64,000 nucleotides of DNA from Chthoniobacterales bacterium. Its GTDB lineage: Bacteria; Verrucomicrobiota; Verrucomicrobiia; Chthoniobacterales; Chthoniobacteraceae. Position numbers and translations under genes: made by a program. Location of the stretch: assembly GCA_038207335.1 (NCBI GenBank), contig JBBQZX010000019.1:1-64000 (forward strand), read 5' to 3'. The notes beneath the pieces were generated by a model. That model ran no database searches. It saw only the letters and a program-made list of their open reading frames with translations, and was not told the DNA's origin. Shown one piece after another: positions 37,115 through 48,363 of the stretch (position 1 is the stretch's first letter; each line of letters begins with the position of its first letter).

Positions 37115-39382
37115 ATGAAAGCTTCCTCCCGTTTGCTTGCCGTTGCGCTGTCGTTTTTGTTTTTGGAAAGTGTTGGGCCAGTGCGGGGGGTGGAGGATTC
37201 GGCGGCGGCGAAGGCGCGGGCGGCGAAAGGGGAGGCTCCGCCGACGAAGGGCTCGGAGATGCTGTATGGGCCGGTGTTTGAGGACAGCGTGCAGATTTCG
37301 CCGAAGGTGCCGGTGGCGGCGAAAGGGTTGGTGGTGCGGCTCGGGGGCGCGAGTGTTTGCTATGATACGGATGGGCTGCGGATGGCGGCGTTTTGGACGG
37401 TTGGGTTTCTGGATTTCAGGCACACGAATGTGGGGACTTACAAGGGCGACGGGACGGGCGCGACGACGGTGGCGGGGGATGTGCGGGTGCGGACGGAGGA
37501 TGGGCCGGGGTTTGGGGTTGATCCGACTTTCACCGATCCGCGGGCGACGAAGGCGGGGCCGTTGCCGCGGGAACACGGGCACTTTGCGGGTTACTATTTG
37601 CACGAAGATCGCGTGATTCTTTCCTACACGGTGGAGGGGTGCGCGATGCTGGAAATGCCGGCGTTTGCGAGCGATGGGGAGCGTGGGATTCTCATTCGGC
37701 ATTTCACGGCGGGGCCCAGTGCGAAGGCGCTGGAGGTGCGGCTCGCGGATAGGGAGCAGGGCAAGACTACGACGATCGGGGCTGTGTCGGTGGATGGGAG
37801 CAAGGAGGGATTTGCGATCAGCGAGGTGGGGGATCGGACGCTTTATTTGCATGTGCCGGCGCACGAGCAGGCGGTGAATTTCGCGGTGGCGATTTGGACC
37901 GGGGACGCGGTGCAGCCGCCGGTGGATTTGGGGAAGGCGATCGGGCCGTTGCAAAATCTCGCGGTGCTTTGCAAGGGCGGGCCGGGGCGGTGGGCGGCGA
38001 TCCCGGCGCTCGCGGGGACGGTGGCGAAGGATGACGCGGCTTATGTCGTGGATTCGATTCCGCTGCCGGTGGTGAATCCTTGGAACTCTTGGATGCGCCT
38101 TTCAGCGTTCGACTTTTTTGCGGACGGGCGGGCGGCGGTGGCGACGCTGAATGGCGACGTGTGGATCGTGTCGGGGCTGGATGCGAAGCTGGAGCACGTC
38201 ACTTGGAAGCGCTTTGCGGTGGGGCTTTACGAGCCGCTGGGGTTGAAGATCGTGCGCGGTGAAATCTATGTGCACGGGCGGGATCGGATTACGCGGTTGC
38301 ACGATCTCGATGGGGATGGGGAGGCGGATTTTTATGAGTCGTTCAACAGCGACAGGACGCTTTTCCCGAGTTATCACGCGTTTGCTTTTGATTTGCAGAC
38401 GGACAGCAAGGGGAATTTTTACTATGTCGTCGGCGGGAATCAGCTCGGGGTGAAGCGGGACTGGCATGCGTCGCTTTTCCGGGTGTCGCCGGATGGGGCG
38501 AAGACGGAGGTGGTGGCGACGGGCTTCCGCGCGCCGAATGGGATGGGGATCGGGCCGAATGATGAGATCGCGGTGGGCGATAATCAGGGGCACTGGATTC
38601 CTTCGAGCAAGGTGAACATCGTGAAGCCGGGCGGCTTTTACGGGCATGTGGCCGATCCGCGCATCGATGCGAAGGCGGTGGGGCCGAAGACTTTCGATGC
38701 GCCGTTGCTTTGGATTCCGATGACGATGGATAGCTCGACGGGCGGGCAGGTGTGGGTCACGGGGGGAAAGTGGGGGCCGTTTGATGGGAAGATGCTGACG
38801 ACTTCGTATGGAAAGAGCGCGCTGTTGGGGGTGCTGGAGGAGAAGGTGGAGGGGGTGGCGCAGGGTGGGGCGTTTGTTTTTCCGCTGAAGTTTGACTCGG
38901 GGATCATGCGGGCGCGTTTTTCGCCGGTGGATGGTCAGCTTTATGTGGCGGGGTTGCGCGGGTGGCAGACGAATGGGACGGCGGACGGGTGTTTGGAGCG
39001 CGTGCGCTACACCGGGAAGCCGGTGCTTTTGCCGACGGGGCTGCATGTGGGGAGGGATGCGCTGACGATCGGCTTTGATGTGGCGTTGGACCCGGCTTAT
39101 GGGAATGACGCGGCGAATTTCTCGATCGAGCAGTACAATTATAAGTGGTGGAGCACGTATGGGTCGCCGGATTTGTCGGTGGCGGACCCGGCGAAGAAGG
39201 GGCGCGATGCGGTGGAGGTGACGGGGGCGAAGTTGTCGGGGGATGGGAAGAGTGTGACGCTGACGGTGCCTGGGCTGGCGCCGGTGATGCAGATGGAGGT
39301 GAAGTGGCGGCTTCGGTCGGCGACGGGGGCGGAGGTGAAGGGGGTGCTGGGGAATACGATTGCGAAGGTGCCGACGGAGTAG
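37115..39382 (+). CDS. DUF6797-like secreted protein with sugar-dehydrogenase-type beta-propeller
   Basis: Signal peptide; YGPVF..AAKGLVVRLG; GLYEPLGL, DLDGDGEADFYE, TGFRAPNG, DNQGHW. Confidence 0.7.
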   Translation: MKASSRLLAVALSFLFLESVGPVRGVEDSAAAKARAAKGEAPPTKGSEMLYGPVFEDSVQISPKVPVAAKGLVVRLGGASVCYDTDGLRMAAFWTVGFLDFRHTNVGTYKGDGTGATTVAGDVRVRTEDGPGFGVDPTFTDPRATKAGPLPREHGHFAGYYLHEDRVILSYTVEGCAMLEMPAFASDGERGILIRHFTAGPSAKALEVRLADREQGKTTTIGAVSVDGSKEGFAISEVGDRTLYLHVPAHEQAVNFAVAIWTGDAVQPPVDLGKAIGPLQNLAVLCKGGPGRWAAIPALAGTVAKDDAAYVVDSIPLPVVNPWNSWMRLSAFDFFADGRAAVATLNGDVWIVSGLDAKLEHVTWKRFAVGLYEPLGLKIVRGEIYVHGRDRITRLHDLDGDGEADFYESFNSDRTLFPSYHAFAFDLQTDSKGNFYYVVGGNQLGVKRDWHASLFRVSPDGAKTEVVATGFRAPNGMGIGPNDEIAVGDNQGHWIPSSKVNIVKPGGFYGHVADPRIDAKAVGPKTFDAPLLWIPMTMDSSTGGQVWVTGGKWGPFDGKMLTTSYGKSALLGVLEEKVEGVAQGGAFVFPLKFDSGIMRARFSPVDGQLYVAGLRGWQTNGTADGCLERVRYTGKPVLLPTGLHVGRDALTIGFDVALDPAYGNDAANFSIEQYNYKWWSTYGSPDLSVADPAKKGRDAVEVTGAKLSGDGKSVTLTVPGLAPVMQMEVKWRLRSATGAEVKGVLGNTIAKVPTE

Positions 39383-39513
39383 GCGGCGCGAACACAGAGG
39401 AGGTTGCCAGAGGCGTTTGCAAGGAACGTCATTGGACACTCGCGAAAACCGACCGGTCAGGGGTCCCGACGAGCGGTCGGTGACGGGGGTGGTTCGGAAG
39501 GGCGGGTGCTTTT

Positions 39514-39846
39514 TTACAGAGGGTGGCTCTGGCTTTCGAGGTTGAAGAGCCGGGGAAGTTCGAGGGTGGTGGGGCTGGCGTCGGGGTTGGTGTCCATGAG
39601 GCCGCTCATGTGGAGCCACCAGCGCTGGCAGATTTCGGTCTGGGCGATGGCGTCCCAGAGGATTTGATTTTCGTACTCCACGGTGGCGAAGAGCTGGAGG
39701 GTGTGCGGATGGAGGAAGATGCTGTAGCGGTGGACGCCGTGGACGCGGAGGACGGAGGCGAGGTCGGGCCAAATGGGGTTGTGGCGCCGGTGGTATTCTT
39801 CTTCGGCTCCAGGGAGGAGCTGCATGACGAAGGCTTTGCGGATCAT
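39514..39846 (-). CDS. rhaM: L-rhamnose mutarotase
   Basis: RKAFVMQL, EEYHRRHNPIWP, YSIFL, CQRWW..M. Confidence 0.9.
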   Translation of the reverse strand: MIRKAFVMQLLPGAEEEYHRRHNPIWPDLASVLRVHGVHRYSIFLHPHTLQLFATVEYENQILWDAIAQTEICQRWWLHMSGLMDTNPDASPTTLELPRLFNLESQSHPL

Positions 39847-40895
39847 GAGTGGGGTCGGGCGGGGCCGATGCTTTCGCGGGGGATGAAGGTGGTGGCGAAG
39901 GTGGCGCTGTGGATGGTGGGGTCGGGGTGGGAGGAGTTGATGCGGGCGAGGAGGAGGGCGGCGGTTTTGCGGGCCATGTCTTCGATGGGCTGGGCGATGG
40001 TGGAGAGGGCGATGGGGAGGTGGCCGGAGAGGGGGATATCATCGACGCCGACGATGGAGAGGTCGCGGGGGACGGTGAGGCCGCGGTCGGCGGCGGCGCG
40101 GAGTGCGGCGATGGCGGAGAGGTCGTTGAGGGCGATGAGTGCGGTGGGGAGGCTGTGGGCGCGATTTTCGAAGTAGGTGGAGCAGGCGTCGCGGGCTTCG
40201 GTGATGGAGGGGCCGGAGCGGAGGAATTCGAAGCCGCTGTTGCCGATGCCGCGTTCGGCGAGGAGCTGGCGGAAGAGGCCGGGGCGGTCGCCGTCGGTCT
40301 GGCCTTCGGAGAGGGCGCAGAGGAATGCGAAGCGGCGGTGGCCGAGGGCGCAGAGGGCGTCGATGGCCTGGGCGAGGCCGGTGCTGAAGTCGGTGAGGAT
40401 GCTATCGACGGGGAGTGCGGGGCCGCCGACGAAGCTGAGGATGGCGAAGGGGCGCTGTTTTTCGAACTGAAGGGCGAGGAAGTCCCGGTGAGCTTCGCCG
40501 TCGCTGAGGAATGCGGCGACGCCATCGATCTGACGCTCGACGATGTCTTCGAGGCAGTGGCGTTCGCGGTCGAGGGAGGTGCGCCAGCTTTCGATGATGA
40601 GGTCTGAGCCGGCGCGCTGGGCTTCGATCTGGAGGAGGTCGGCGAAGGTGGTGTAGAAGGGGTTGTGGAGGTCGGGGAGGAGGAGGCCAATGGTGTTGCT
40701 GCGGCCCATGCGAAGGGCGATGGCGGCGCGGTTGGGGCGGTATCCAAGGTCGGTGGCGGCTTGGAAGACGCGGGCTTCTGTGGCTTTGGAGGCCCAGGAG
40801 TTGGCGCGTTTGTTGAGGATGGTGGAGGCGGTGTTGATGGCGACGCCTGCGCGGGCGGCGACGTCTCTGAGCCGGATTTTGGACGCGTCCTTCAT
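39843..40895 (-). CDS. LacI family transcriptional regulator
   Basis: LRDVAARAGVAINTAS, LGYRPNRAA, NDLSAIA, VPRDLSIVGVDD, LSTIAQP. Confidence 0.92.
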   Translation of the reverse strand: MKDASKIRLRDVAARAGVAINTASTILNKRANSWASKATEARVFQAATDLGYRPNRAAIALRMGRSNTIGLLLPDLHNPFYTTFADLLQIEAQRAGSDLIIESWRTSLDRERHCLEDIVERQIDGVAAFLSDGEAHRDFLALQFEKQRPFAILSFVGGPALPVDSILTDFSTGLAQAIDALCALGHRRFAFLCALSEGQTDGDRPGLFRQLLAERGIGNSGFEFLRSGPSITEARDACSTYFENRAHSLPTALIALNDLSAIAALRAAADRGLTVPRDLSIVGVDDIPLSGHLPIALSTIAQPIEDMARKTAALLLARINSSHPDPTIHSATFATTFIPRESIGPARPHS

Positions 40896-41033
40896 GGTGG
40901 TTTGGGTGTGAGCGGGGTGGAGAGTGCGTGGGGGCGACGGGTGCCTCAAGAAGTTTCCTGTGATGGCTTGCCGCGAGGGGGAAAAGGCGTTCATTGTGCG
41001 GGCTGTTTTCCTCCCGCTATTCCTCTCAAAGTC

Positions 41034-43958
41034 ATGCGCTTTCTCCCGCTGTTTTTTTTGGTGCTGCTGCCGACCGCGCAGGGGGCGCCGGTGCAGTTTA
41101 ATCGCGATATTCGCCCGATCCTGAATGGGCACTGCGTGAAGTGTCACGGAGGGGTGAAGGAGGCGGGGAAGCTGAATTTGCAATTCCGCGAGCAGGCGCT
41201 GCGGGCAGGGGAGACTGGGGAGATCGCGGTGGTGCCGGGGAAGCCGGAGGAGAGCGCGTTTATGGATCGGCTGACGACGGACGATAAAATGGACCGGATG
41301 CCGAAGAAGGAGGCGCCTTTGCCAAAGGAGAAGATCGAGCTGCTGCGGCAGTGGATCGCGGAGGGGGCGAAGTGGCAGAAGCATTGGGCGTATGAGCCGC
41401 CGGTGGCCGTGGGGAAGGGGATCGACACGATCGTGGGAGAGCATTTGGAGCGGGAAAAGCTGAGCTTTTCGCCGGAGGCGGATGTGCGAATCCTGGCGCG
41501 GCGGATGTCGTTTGATCTCGTGGGGCTGCCGCCGGAGACGGGGCGCGTGGATGCGCTGGAGAAGGAGGCCACGACAGATCGCGAAGGGGCGCTGCGGAAG
41601 TATGTTGACGAATTGCTGGCGATGCCGGCGTACGGGGAGAAGTGGGCGGTGCCGTGGCTGGACTTGGCGCGCTACGCGGACAGCAAGGGCTACGAGAGCG
41701 ACCGGCTGCGGGATATGTGGAGGTATCGGGATTGGGTGATCGATGCACTAAATGGGGATATGCCGTATAGCGAGTTCGTGGTGGAGCAACTGGCCGGGGA
41801 TCTTCTGCCGAACGCGACGGGGGAGCAGGTGATCGCGACGGCTTTTCATCGAAATACACCGCAGAATGACGAGGGCGGGACGGACGATGAGGAGTTTCGC
41901 ACTTACGCGGTGATCGACCGGCTGAATACGACGTTCGATGCGCTGCAGGGGACGTCGATCGGGTGCGTGCAATGTCACGGGCATCCTTACGATCCGTTCG
42001 TCCATGACGAGTATTACAAGCTGATGGCGTTCTTTAATAACACGGCGGATGCGGATCGGAACGACCAGGCGCCGACGCGGAAATTCCGTTCGCGCACGGA
42101 CGAAGCGCACGGCGTGGAGGTGGAGTCGCAGGTGGCGGCGGAAGAAGCGCAGGTAAAAGTCGGCGAGGAACTTCCTGAGGCGAAGAAGGCATTCGCCGAT
42201 TGGCTCGGAGGGCTGGGATCGGAGCGGGATTTCGCGCCGCTGAAAGACGTGGGCGTGGAGAGCACGCAGGGGAAATATCGAGTGGAGGAAGATGGGCGCA
42301 TTCATCTCGAAACGCCCGTGCCGCCGCGCTCGACGATCACGGTGACTGCCGCCGTGACGGAGGGGAAAATAGGTGCCCTGGCGGTCGAGGCGCTGCCTGA
42401 TGACAAGCTGCCGGGCCACGGGCCGGGCGGGAATGGGATCGGGAATTTCATCCTGACACGCATCCGCGCGGTAGTGGTGAGTGGCGGCGTCGAGACGCCG
42501 GTAGAGCTGTCCGAGGCGAGTGCGACTTACGAGCAGAAGAACTGGCCGGTGGCCGCCGCGCTGACGGAGGGCGTGAGCAAAGTGATCCCCGGAGAAGGCG
42601 AAAGCGGGTGGGCAATCGCGGGCGCGACCGGCAAGCCGCAAACCGCGATTTTCACGCTGAAAAAGCCGCTTACGATGCCTGCCGACGCGCAGCTCCGCGT
42701 GACGCTGGAGTGCGAGAACGAGAAGTGGGAACAGCATGTCCTCGGGTCATTTCGCATCGCCACGACGGTGGGTGTCGCATCTGAGAAAGTCGCGGCTTTG
42801 CCAAAGGAAATCCGCGACATCGTGGGGCGCAACGCGAAGAAGTGGAAACCCGAGGAGCGGGCGAAGCTGGAGCGCTATTTCTTCGCGGGCCTCGATCAAA
42901 AAGTGACGGCAGCTTACGAGGACATTGACCGCAAGAAGGCCGAGCTCGCGGCGATGGCGCTCTGCGAGCTGCCAATCATGCAGGAACTCAATGGGCAGGC
43001 GGCGCGCAAGACGAATGTCTTTCATCGCGGCAACTGGCTGGACAAAGCCGAGGAGGTGCAGCCCGCGACGCCGCAAATCTTGAACGCGTGGCACGACGAC
43101 TATCCGAGCAACCGGCTCGGGCTCGCGGAGTGGCTGACGAATGGCGAGAACCCGCTGACCGCCCGAGTGCAGGTGAATCGCGTGTGGGAGCAACTCTTCG
43201 GGATCGGGCTCGTGGAGACGCTCGAGGACTTCGGCTCGCAGGGGGACGAACCGCGGTATCAGGACTTGATGGACGATCTCGCGGTGCGCTTTCAGGGCGA
43301 GATGAAATGGAGCCAGAAGGCGCTGGTGCGCGAGATAGTGCTGAGCCGTGTGTATCGGCAGTCGTCAAAAGCGACGAAGGAGGAAATGGAGCGCGACCCG
43401 GCGAATCGCGACCTCGCGCGAGGACCGCGCTTTCGCCTGAGCAACGAACAAATCCGCGACCAAGCGCTGGCCTTGAGCGGACTTCTGAGCCGCAAGATGT
43501 TTGGCAAGCCAGTGATGCCTTATCAGCCGCCGGGCACATGGCTCACGCCGTATGAGGGCGTTGATTGGAAGACCTCGCCGGGCGAGGACTCGCACCGCCG
43601 TGCGATCTACACCCTCATCCGCCGCAGCGCGACTTACCCGAGTATGGTGACGCTCGACGCGCCGAGCCGGGAGTTTTGCGTCGTCCGGCGCACGCGCACC
43701 AACACCCCGCTGCAGTCGCTCGATCTGCTCAACAGCCCGGTCTATATGGAAGCCGCCGCCGCATTCGCAAAGCGCATGACCGAGCCCGGCGGCACGCTGG
43801 AAGACGAACTCGCCCGCGGCCTTGCGCTCGCCACTCAGCGCCCCGCGCGTCCGGACGAGATCGCGATCTTAGAAAAGCTCCACGTCAGCACCGGCGGCAG
43901 CATGACGCTCGTCGCGAATGCGATCCTCAATCTCGATGAAGTGCTCACGAAAAACTAA
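41034..43958 (+). CDS. Planctomycete cytochrome c + DUF1549/DUF1553 protein
   Basis: [46 protein letters not shown]. Confidence 0.9.
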   Translation: MRFLPLFFLVLLPTAQGAPVQFNRDIRPILNGHCVKCHGGVKEAGKLNLQFREQALRAGETGEIAVVPGKPEESAFMDRLTTDDKMDRMPKKEAPLPKEKIELLRQWIAEGAKWQKHWAYEPPVAVGKGIDTIVGEHLEREKLSFSPEADVRILARRMSFDLVGLPPETGRVDALEKEATTDREGALRKYVDELLAMPAYGEKWAVPWLDLARYADSKGYESDRLRDMWRYRDWVIDALNGDMPYSEFVVEQLAGDLLPNATGEQVIATAFHRNTPQNDEGGTDDEEFRTYAVIDRLNTTFDALQGTSIGCVQCHGHPYDPFVHDEYYKLMAFFNNTADADRNDQAPTRKFRSRTDEAHGVEVESQVAAEEAQVKVGEELPEAKKAFADWLGGLGSERDFAPLKDVGVESTQGKYRVEEDGRIHLETPVPPRSTITVTAAVTEGKIGALAVEALPDDKLPGHGPGGNGIGNFILTRIRAVVVSGGVETPVELSEASATYEQKNWPVAAALTEGVSKVIPGEGESGWAIAGATGKPQTAIFTLKKPLTMPADAQLRVTLECENEKWEQHVLGSFRIATTVGVASEKVAALPKEIRDIVGRNAKKWKPEERAKLERYFFAGLDQKVTAAYEDIDRKKAELAAMALCELPIMQELNGQAARKTNVFHRGNWLDKAEEVQPATPQILNAWHDDYPSNRLGLAEWLTNGENPLTARVQVNRVWEQLFGIGLVETLEDFGSQGDEPRYQDLMDDLAVRFQGEMKWSQKALVREIVLSRVYRQSSKATKEEMERDPANRDLARGPRFRLSNEQIRDQALALSGLLSRKMFGKPVMPYQPPGTWLTPYEGVDWKTSPGEDSHRRAIYTLIRRSATYPSMVTLDAPSREFCVVRRTRTNTPLQSLDLLNSPVYMEAAAAFAKRMTEPGGTLEDELARGLALATQRPARPDEIAILEKLHVSTGGSMTLVANAILNLDEVLTKN

Positions 43959-43973
43959 TCCGCTTCATTCATT

Positions 43974-45422
43974 ATGAGCCCTGAAACCCACCTTCACCGC
44001 CAGTCCGTCGAGCTCGCGACGCGGCGTTTCTTTTTGAAAAAGAGCATGGCTTGCATCGGTGGCATGGCTTTCGGGGCGATGTTCAGCGAGCGGGCTTTTG
44101 GGGCGCAGTCCACGCCGGTTCAGCAGTTTCCGGCGAAGGCGAAGCGCGTGATTTACATCCATCTCGCGGGCGCGCCGTCGCAGCTCGAGACGTTCGATTT
44201 CAAGCCCGAACTCGCGAAGCTCGACGGGCAGATTTGCCCGGATTCGTTTTTGAATGGGAAGCGATTTGCTTTCATCAAAGGCGTCCCGAAAATGCTCGGC
44301 CCGCAGGTCAAATTCGCGCAGCACGGCGCGAGTGGATCGTGGGTTTCTGCGGACTACCCGGAACTCGCGAAAGTCGCGGATAAGATGACTTTCGTGAAGA
44401 GCATGTGGACCGAGCAGTTCAACCACGCGCCCGCGCAACTCATGTTGCAGACGGGCGCGCAGATCAAGGGCAGGCCTTGCTTTGGCGCATGGGCGGTCTA
44501 TGGACTCGGGTCGGAAAACAAAGACCTGCCGGGCTTCATGGTGCTCACCAGCGGCGGCAAAAATCCCGACGCCGGCAAGACCGTGTGGGGTAGCGGATTC
44601 CTGCCGAGCATCTATCAGGGCGTGCAGTGTCAGGGGCACGGGGAGCCGATCCTTTTTGCGGAGAATCCCGAAGGCGTCACGCGCGAGCAACGACGCGCGA
44701 CCATCGACGCGATCACTGCGCTCGACGCGAAAACGGGCGAGGAATTTGGCGACCCGGAAACGCTCACGCGCATCAGCCAGTACGAACTCGCATTTCGAAT
44801 GCAGATGAGTGTGCCGGATGCGACCGATGTCGCTAGCGAGCCAGCGCACATTCACGAAATGTACGGCACCGAGCCGGGCAAAAATTCTTTCGCAAACAAC
44901 TGCTTACTTGCGCGCCGGCTGTGCGAGCGCGGCGTACGTTTTGTGCAGCTCTACGACTGGGGCTGGGACGCACATGGCACGAACGACGACACTTCACTCG
45001 TCGGCGGCATCCGCCGCAAAGCCTTGAAAGCCGACAAGGCTCTCGCCGCCCTCATCGGCGATCTCGAACAACGTGGGATGCTCAACGACACGCTCGTGGT
45101 GTGCGGTGCGGAATTTGGCCGCACTCCGATGCGCGAAAATCGCGACGCCGGCAAAGACAACCCATTCGCCGGACGCGACCACAGCCCCGGCGGTTTCACG
45201 ATCTGGCTTGCCGGCGGTGGTGCGAAAGCCGGCCTCAGCTACGGCGAGACCGACGACTTCGGCTATCAGGCGGTCGTGGATAAAGTCCACGTCCACGACC
45301 TGAATGCCACGCTCCTCCGCTTGCTAGGCTATGATCACGAAAAGCTCACCTACTTCTTTCAGGGCCGGAACTACCGCCTGACCGATGTGAAGGGCGAAGT
45401 GGTGAAAGCGCTGCTGGCGTGA
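43974..45422 (+). CDS. DUF1501 family protein
   Basis: TRRFFL; AKRVIYIHLAGAPSQLETFD; EFGRTP; GRDH. Confidence 0.92.
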   Translation: MSPETHLHRQSVELATRRFFLKKSMACIGGMAFGAMFSERAFGAQSTPVQQFPAKAKRVIYIHLAGAPSQLETFDFKPELAKLDGQICPDSFLNGKRFAFIKGVPKMLGPQVKFAQHGASGSWVSADYPELAKVADKMTFVKSMWTEQFNHAPAQLMLQTGAQIKGRPCFGAWAVYGLGSENKDLPGFMVLTSGGKNPDAGKTVWGSGFLPSIYQGVQCQGHGEPILFAENPEGVTREQRRATIDAITALDAKTGEEFGDPETLTRISQYELAFRMQMSVPDATDVASEPAHIHEMYGTEPGKNSFANNCLLARRLCERGVRFVQLYDWGWDAHGTNDDTSLVGGIRRKALKADKALAALIGDLEQRGMLNDTLVVCGAEFGRTPMRENRDAGKDNPFAGRDHSPGGFTIWLAGGGAKAGLSYGETDDFGYQAVVDKVHVHDLNATLLRLLGYDHEKLTYFFQGRNYRLTDVKGEVVKALLA

Positions 45423-45468
45423 CTGCCGGGAGCGAGCCTCTCACGTCGCCCGCCGCCGCCCACCGCGG

Positions 45469-48141
45469 TCAGCGCTTCACCTCGTAGTAGTAGGCGCGGG
45501 AGGTGCCGTCGATCGTGAAGCTCCCGTCGGGCGCGATGGCGAGCACGGTCGGCTGTGGGACGCCGTAGTGGTCGCACGGGTTCACGCTTTTCGGCGCGGC
45601 GCCCGCGAGCTTGATCGTGGCCTGCACGGGCTCGAGCAGCAGCGGCGCGGTGCCGGTGGATTCGAGCATTGTGCCGTCGGCGTTGTAGCGCGTTCCGGTC
45701 TGCTTGTCCTGCGCGAGCGCGGTGATGAGGATGTGCCGCGACCGCGCCAGTGGAAGATCATCGAGCGGCGTGAAAATCGTGCTGACGAATGGCGTTTTGA
45801 ATTTCACCGACACGCCCGGCAACTGGAACGCGCCGTCGCCCGTGCGCCCGATCACCGCCTGCGTTTTCGGCGTCTCGACGGTGATGACCTGCCGTCCGTA
45901 ATCCCAAACGAGTTCACTTGTTGCGCTGCGGATGCGCTTGTTTGCTTGATCCCAGAACTTTGAGAAATCCGCCTGTTCGGTTTTTCCGCCTTTGAAATCG
46001 ACCGTGACGCGCCCGATCGCGAATGCCTCCGACGGAGTGCCGCCATCGACGATCGTGTTCTTCACGTCGTAGCCGCCTTTCGTCGCGTCCTGCTTTAGCG
46101 CATCGGCTCCCGTGAAAAGATCGGCCTCCGAGAGACGCCGCGCAGCCACGATGGGCGACTCTTTCACATGCCCGTGCAGGATCGCAAAAGCGAGCGCGGG
46201 AAACTGCCCGACGTAGGCCGGCGTGTCGGTCGCGTAGCTCGACATGCCGGGCCAGCCGTCGCCGAGCCGCGTGCCGCTTTGAATGAAATGGAACGACGCG
46301 TCCCAGCCCTGGAGTCCCATCGCGTAAAATGCCATGATCGGCGCGGCCTCGATTTTCCACTGGTTCGCCCCGGATTGCGTCCACTCGGTGATCGAGAACG
46401 GCTTCGACTCCACCTGCTTCATCGCGACGGAAAAGATGCCGCCGCCGGGATGCGCGAGGTGCGACTCGTTGTTCACTTTCCCCTCCGCGATGCCGTGCCC
46501 GCCCGCGCCGCCGCCCGCGTAATTGTGCCGGTCGATCATGCCGCCGACGGTGTCGGTGAAGATATTCGCCGGGTCGCTCGCCGCGCCGCCGACCTGCCAT
46601 GCGGTGGTCATCGTGACGGCCCTGAAGCCCGCGTCGCGGAGGACCTTTTCGCACGCCTGGAACTCCGCGCGCTGCATCTCCGTGAGGAAGGCGATGTAGT
46701 CGCCCGCGCGCCGCGTCTCTCCCGCGAACGGCCCCTGCGGCCCCTTGCCCTCGAGCTCCCACGGCGACATGATCCGCAGCTCCTTGGCCTCGACGGAGTC
46801 GCCCTCTTTCAGCGCGCCCCACGCGGTTTTCAACGCGTCGTCGGTTTTGTATTTCGCCTTCACCCACGCTGCAAAGCGCTCGCGCAGTTGCTTCGCGTGC
46901 AGTGGCCACTTTTTTGGCTTCGGCTCGGAGAGCGCACCGAGCGGATTCCAGAAAAAGATCGAGTCCTCGTTTTGCATCTCGACGACCGCAAGCGCGGGAT
47001 CATCCACGTAGCGCAGGCCCGTGTAGGGGTTTTTGTGAGTCAGCAGCGCGACGAGCGTTTTGTTGCGGATGTCCCACAGCACAGGCGCGGCGGTGATGAT
47101 GCCGTAGGTGTCCTTGCGTTTCCCGGCACCTTCGAGTTCGGCGAAAAGCGCGGGGTCATATCCATCCTCGGGCCCGATCGTGAAGTGGTAGAAGACCGAC
47201 CAGTCCGTGTAGATGCCGTTCTTCTTCAGCTCCGCAAACCACCAGTCGTATTGGTCGAGCTTCTTCGGATCGATCTTCCCGTCCGTATTCACCTCGTCGA
47301 AAACCGCGTGCTCCCGAACCGCGTTGATGCCGAATTTCCGCAGGTATTTCGCGCGTTGCGTGAGCTGTGTGCGCGAGTAGCGGCCGGGCTCCACGTTCGA
47401 TCCGCAGCCCCACAGCTTCACGGACGCGGTCGCTTTTTCGAAGCGCAAATCTTTTCCCGCGGGGTGCAGAAAACCGAGCGCTCCGGCAGGCGCGGGGATG
47501 AGCCGGGACATGTCGATGACGCTGCGCGGATCTAGCGGATCGTCGTCCGCGAGTAGCGGAAACCAATCGCCAGCACCGCCCGCGAATGCTGTGCCACCGG
47601 GCTTCTGCGAGCCGGCGGGGACGAACGGCACGCGCGTGAAAACGAAGCAATCGAGACCGCCGTGGTTGCTGTGCTCGGCACCGCTGTCCATGCGGAATCG
47701 GATGCTGTGATGACCGGCGGTGAGCGCCACGCTGCCGCCTTTTGCCCACGCGATGAAGCGCATGTCGGGCTTGTTGTCGGCGGCGATATTCTGCTCGCCG
47801 CGGCGGTCGGCGAAATCGACGGGCGTCCAGTCGCCAGAGTCGAGTTGCCACTCGAGTTTCGCGCCGACGCTCGGATTTGCGCGTACCCAAAACGCATATG
47901 AATCCGGCGTGACGACATCGAACGGATACTCGGCCTCGCCCGCTTGGTCTTTGTTGAAATTCGAAATCCAGTCGCCGCCGGACAGGACGTCGGTTTTCAC
48001 TTTGTCGTACCACCACGGATGCCGGGTCATCGTGCTTTTGACGGCGCTCTCGCCCTCGATCCAGATGTAGTCGGCGGATGCCGCGAAACTGACGATTGGC
48101 AGGCAGGAAAGCAGGACGGCGAGGAGTGGGGCGCGAGACAT
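45469..48141 (-). CDS. Secreted glycoside hydrolase, clan GH-A (GH5-like)
   Basis: Signal peptide; GINAVREH, HKNPYTGLRYVDDPALA..EMQNED (acid/base), ITEW (nucleophile). Confidence 0.65.
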   Translation of the reverse strand: MSRAPLLAVLLSCLPIVSFAASADYIWIEGESAVKSTMTRHPWWYDKVKTDVLSGGDWISNFNKDQAGEAEYPFDVVTPDSYAFWVRANPSVGAKLEWQLDSGDWTPVDFADRRGEQNIAADNKPDMRFIAWAKGGSVALTAGHHSIRFRMDSGAEHSNHGGLDCFVFTRVPFVPAGSQKPGGTAFAGGAGDWFPLLADDDPLDPRSVIDMSRLIPAPAGALGFLHPAGKDLRFEKATASVKLWGCGSNVEPGRYSRTQLTQRAKYLRKFGINAVREHAVFDEVNTDGKIDPKKLDQYDWWFAELKKNGIYTDWSVFYHFTIGPEDGYDPALFAELEGAGKRKDTYGIITAAPVLWDIRNKTLVALLTHKNPYTGLRYVDDPALAVVEMQNEDSIFFWNPLGALSEPKPKKWPLHAKQLRERFAAWVKAKYKTDDALKTAWGALKEGDSVEAKELRIMSPWELEGKGPQGPFAGETRRAGDYIAFLTEMQRAEFQACEKVLRDAGFRAVTMTTAWQVGGAASDPANIFTDTVGGMIDRHNYAGGGAGGHGIAEGKVNNESHLAHPGGGIFSVAMKQVESKPFSITEWTQSGANQWKIEAAPIMAFYAMGLQGWDASFHFIQSGTRLGDGWPGMSSYATDTPAYVGQFPALAFAILHGHVKESPIVAARRLSEADLFTGADALKQDATKGGYDVKNTIVDGGTPSEAFAIGRVTVDFKGGKTEQADFSKFWDQANKRIRSATSELVWDYGRQVITVETPKTQAVIGRTGDGAFQLPGVSVKFKTPFVSTIFTPLDDLPLARSRHILITALAQDKQTGTRYNADGTMLESTGTAPLLLEPVQATIKLAGAAPKSVNPCDHYGVPQPTVLAIAPDGSFTIDGTSRAYYYEVKR

Positions 48142-48363
48142 GACATTGAGAAAAATGCGCGCCAGCTCAAGTGTCGATGCGGGAGTCGGTGCGGTCGCTG
48201 ACTTCGCGGATGTGATCCCGGGTCTGGTGACGGGTGGGCCATTGCCTCCGGGAAGCGCGTTCGCACGGCCCAGACGCTTTCGAACCCACTCTTTGCGCCG
48301 CCCGACATACGCGCTAACGTGCTCGCGCGAGACGATTCCTATTCATCATCCGCTTTCCTCCCG

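Noticed and set aside
38102..40747. 881-aa minus-strand ORF and other long antisense ORFs (3630..5612, 49348..51735, 58014..59939, 25210..26859)
   Set aside because: Low-complexity Pro/Ser/Arg shadows of real genes, caused by high GC and strand skew; no recognisable motifs.
40896..41033. LacI operator (TGTGAGCGG half-site look-alike)
   Set aside because: No palindromic partner half-site; probably chance in G-rich sequence.
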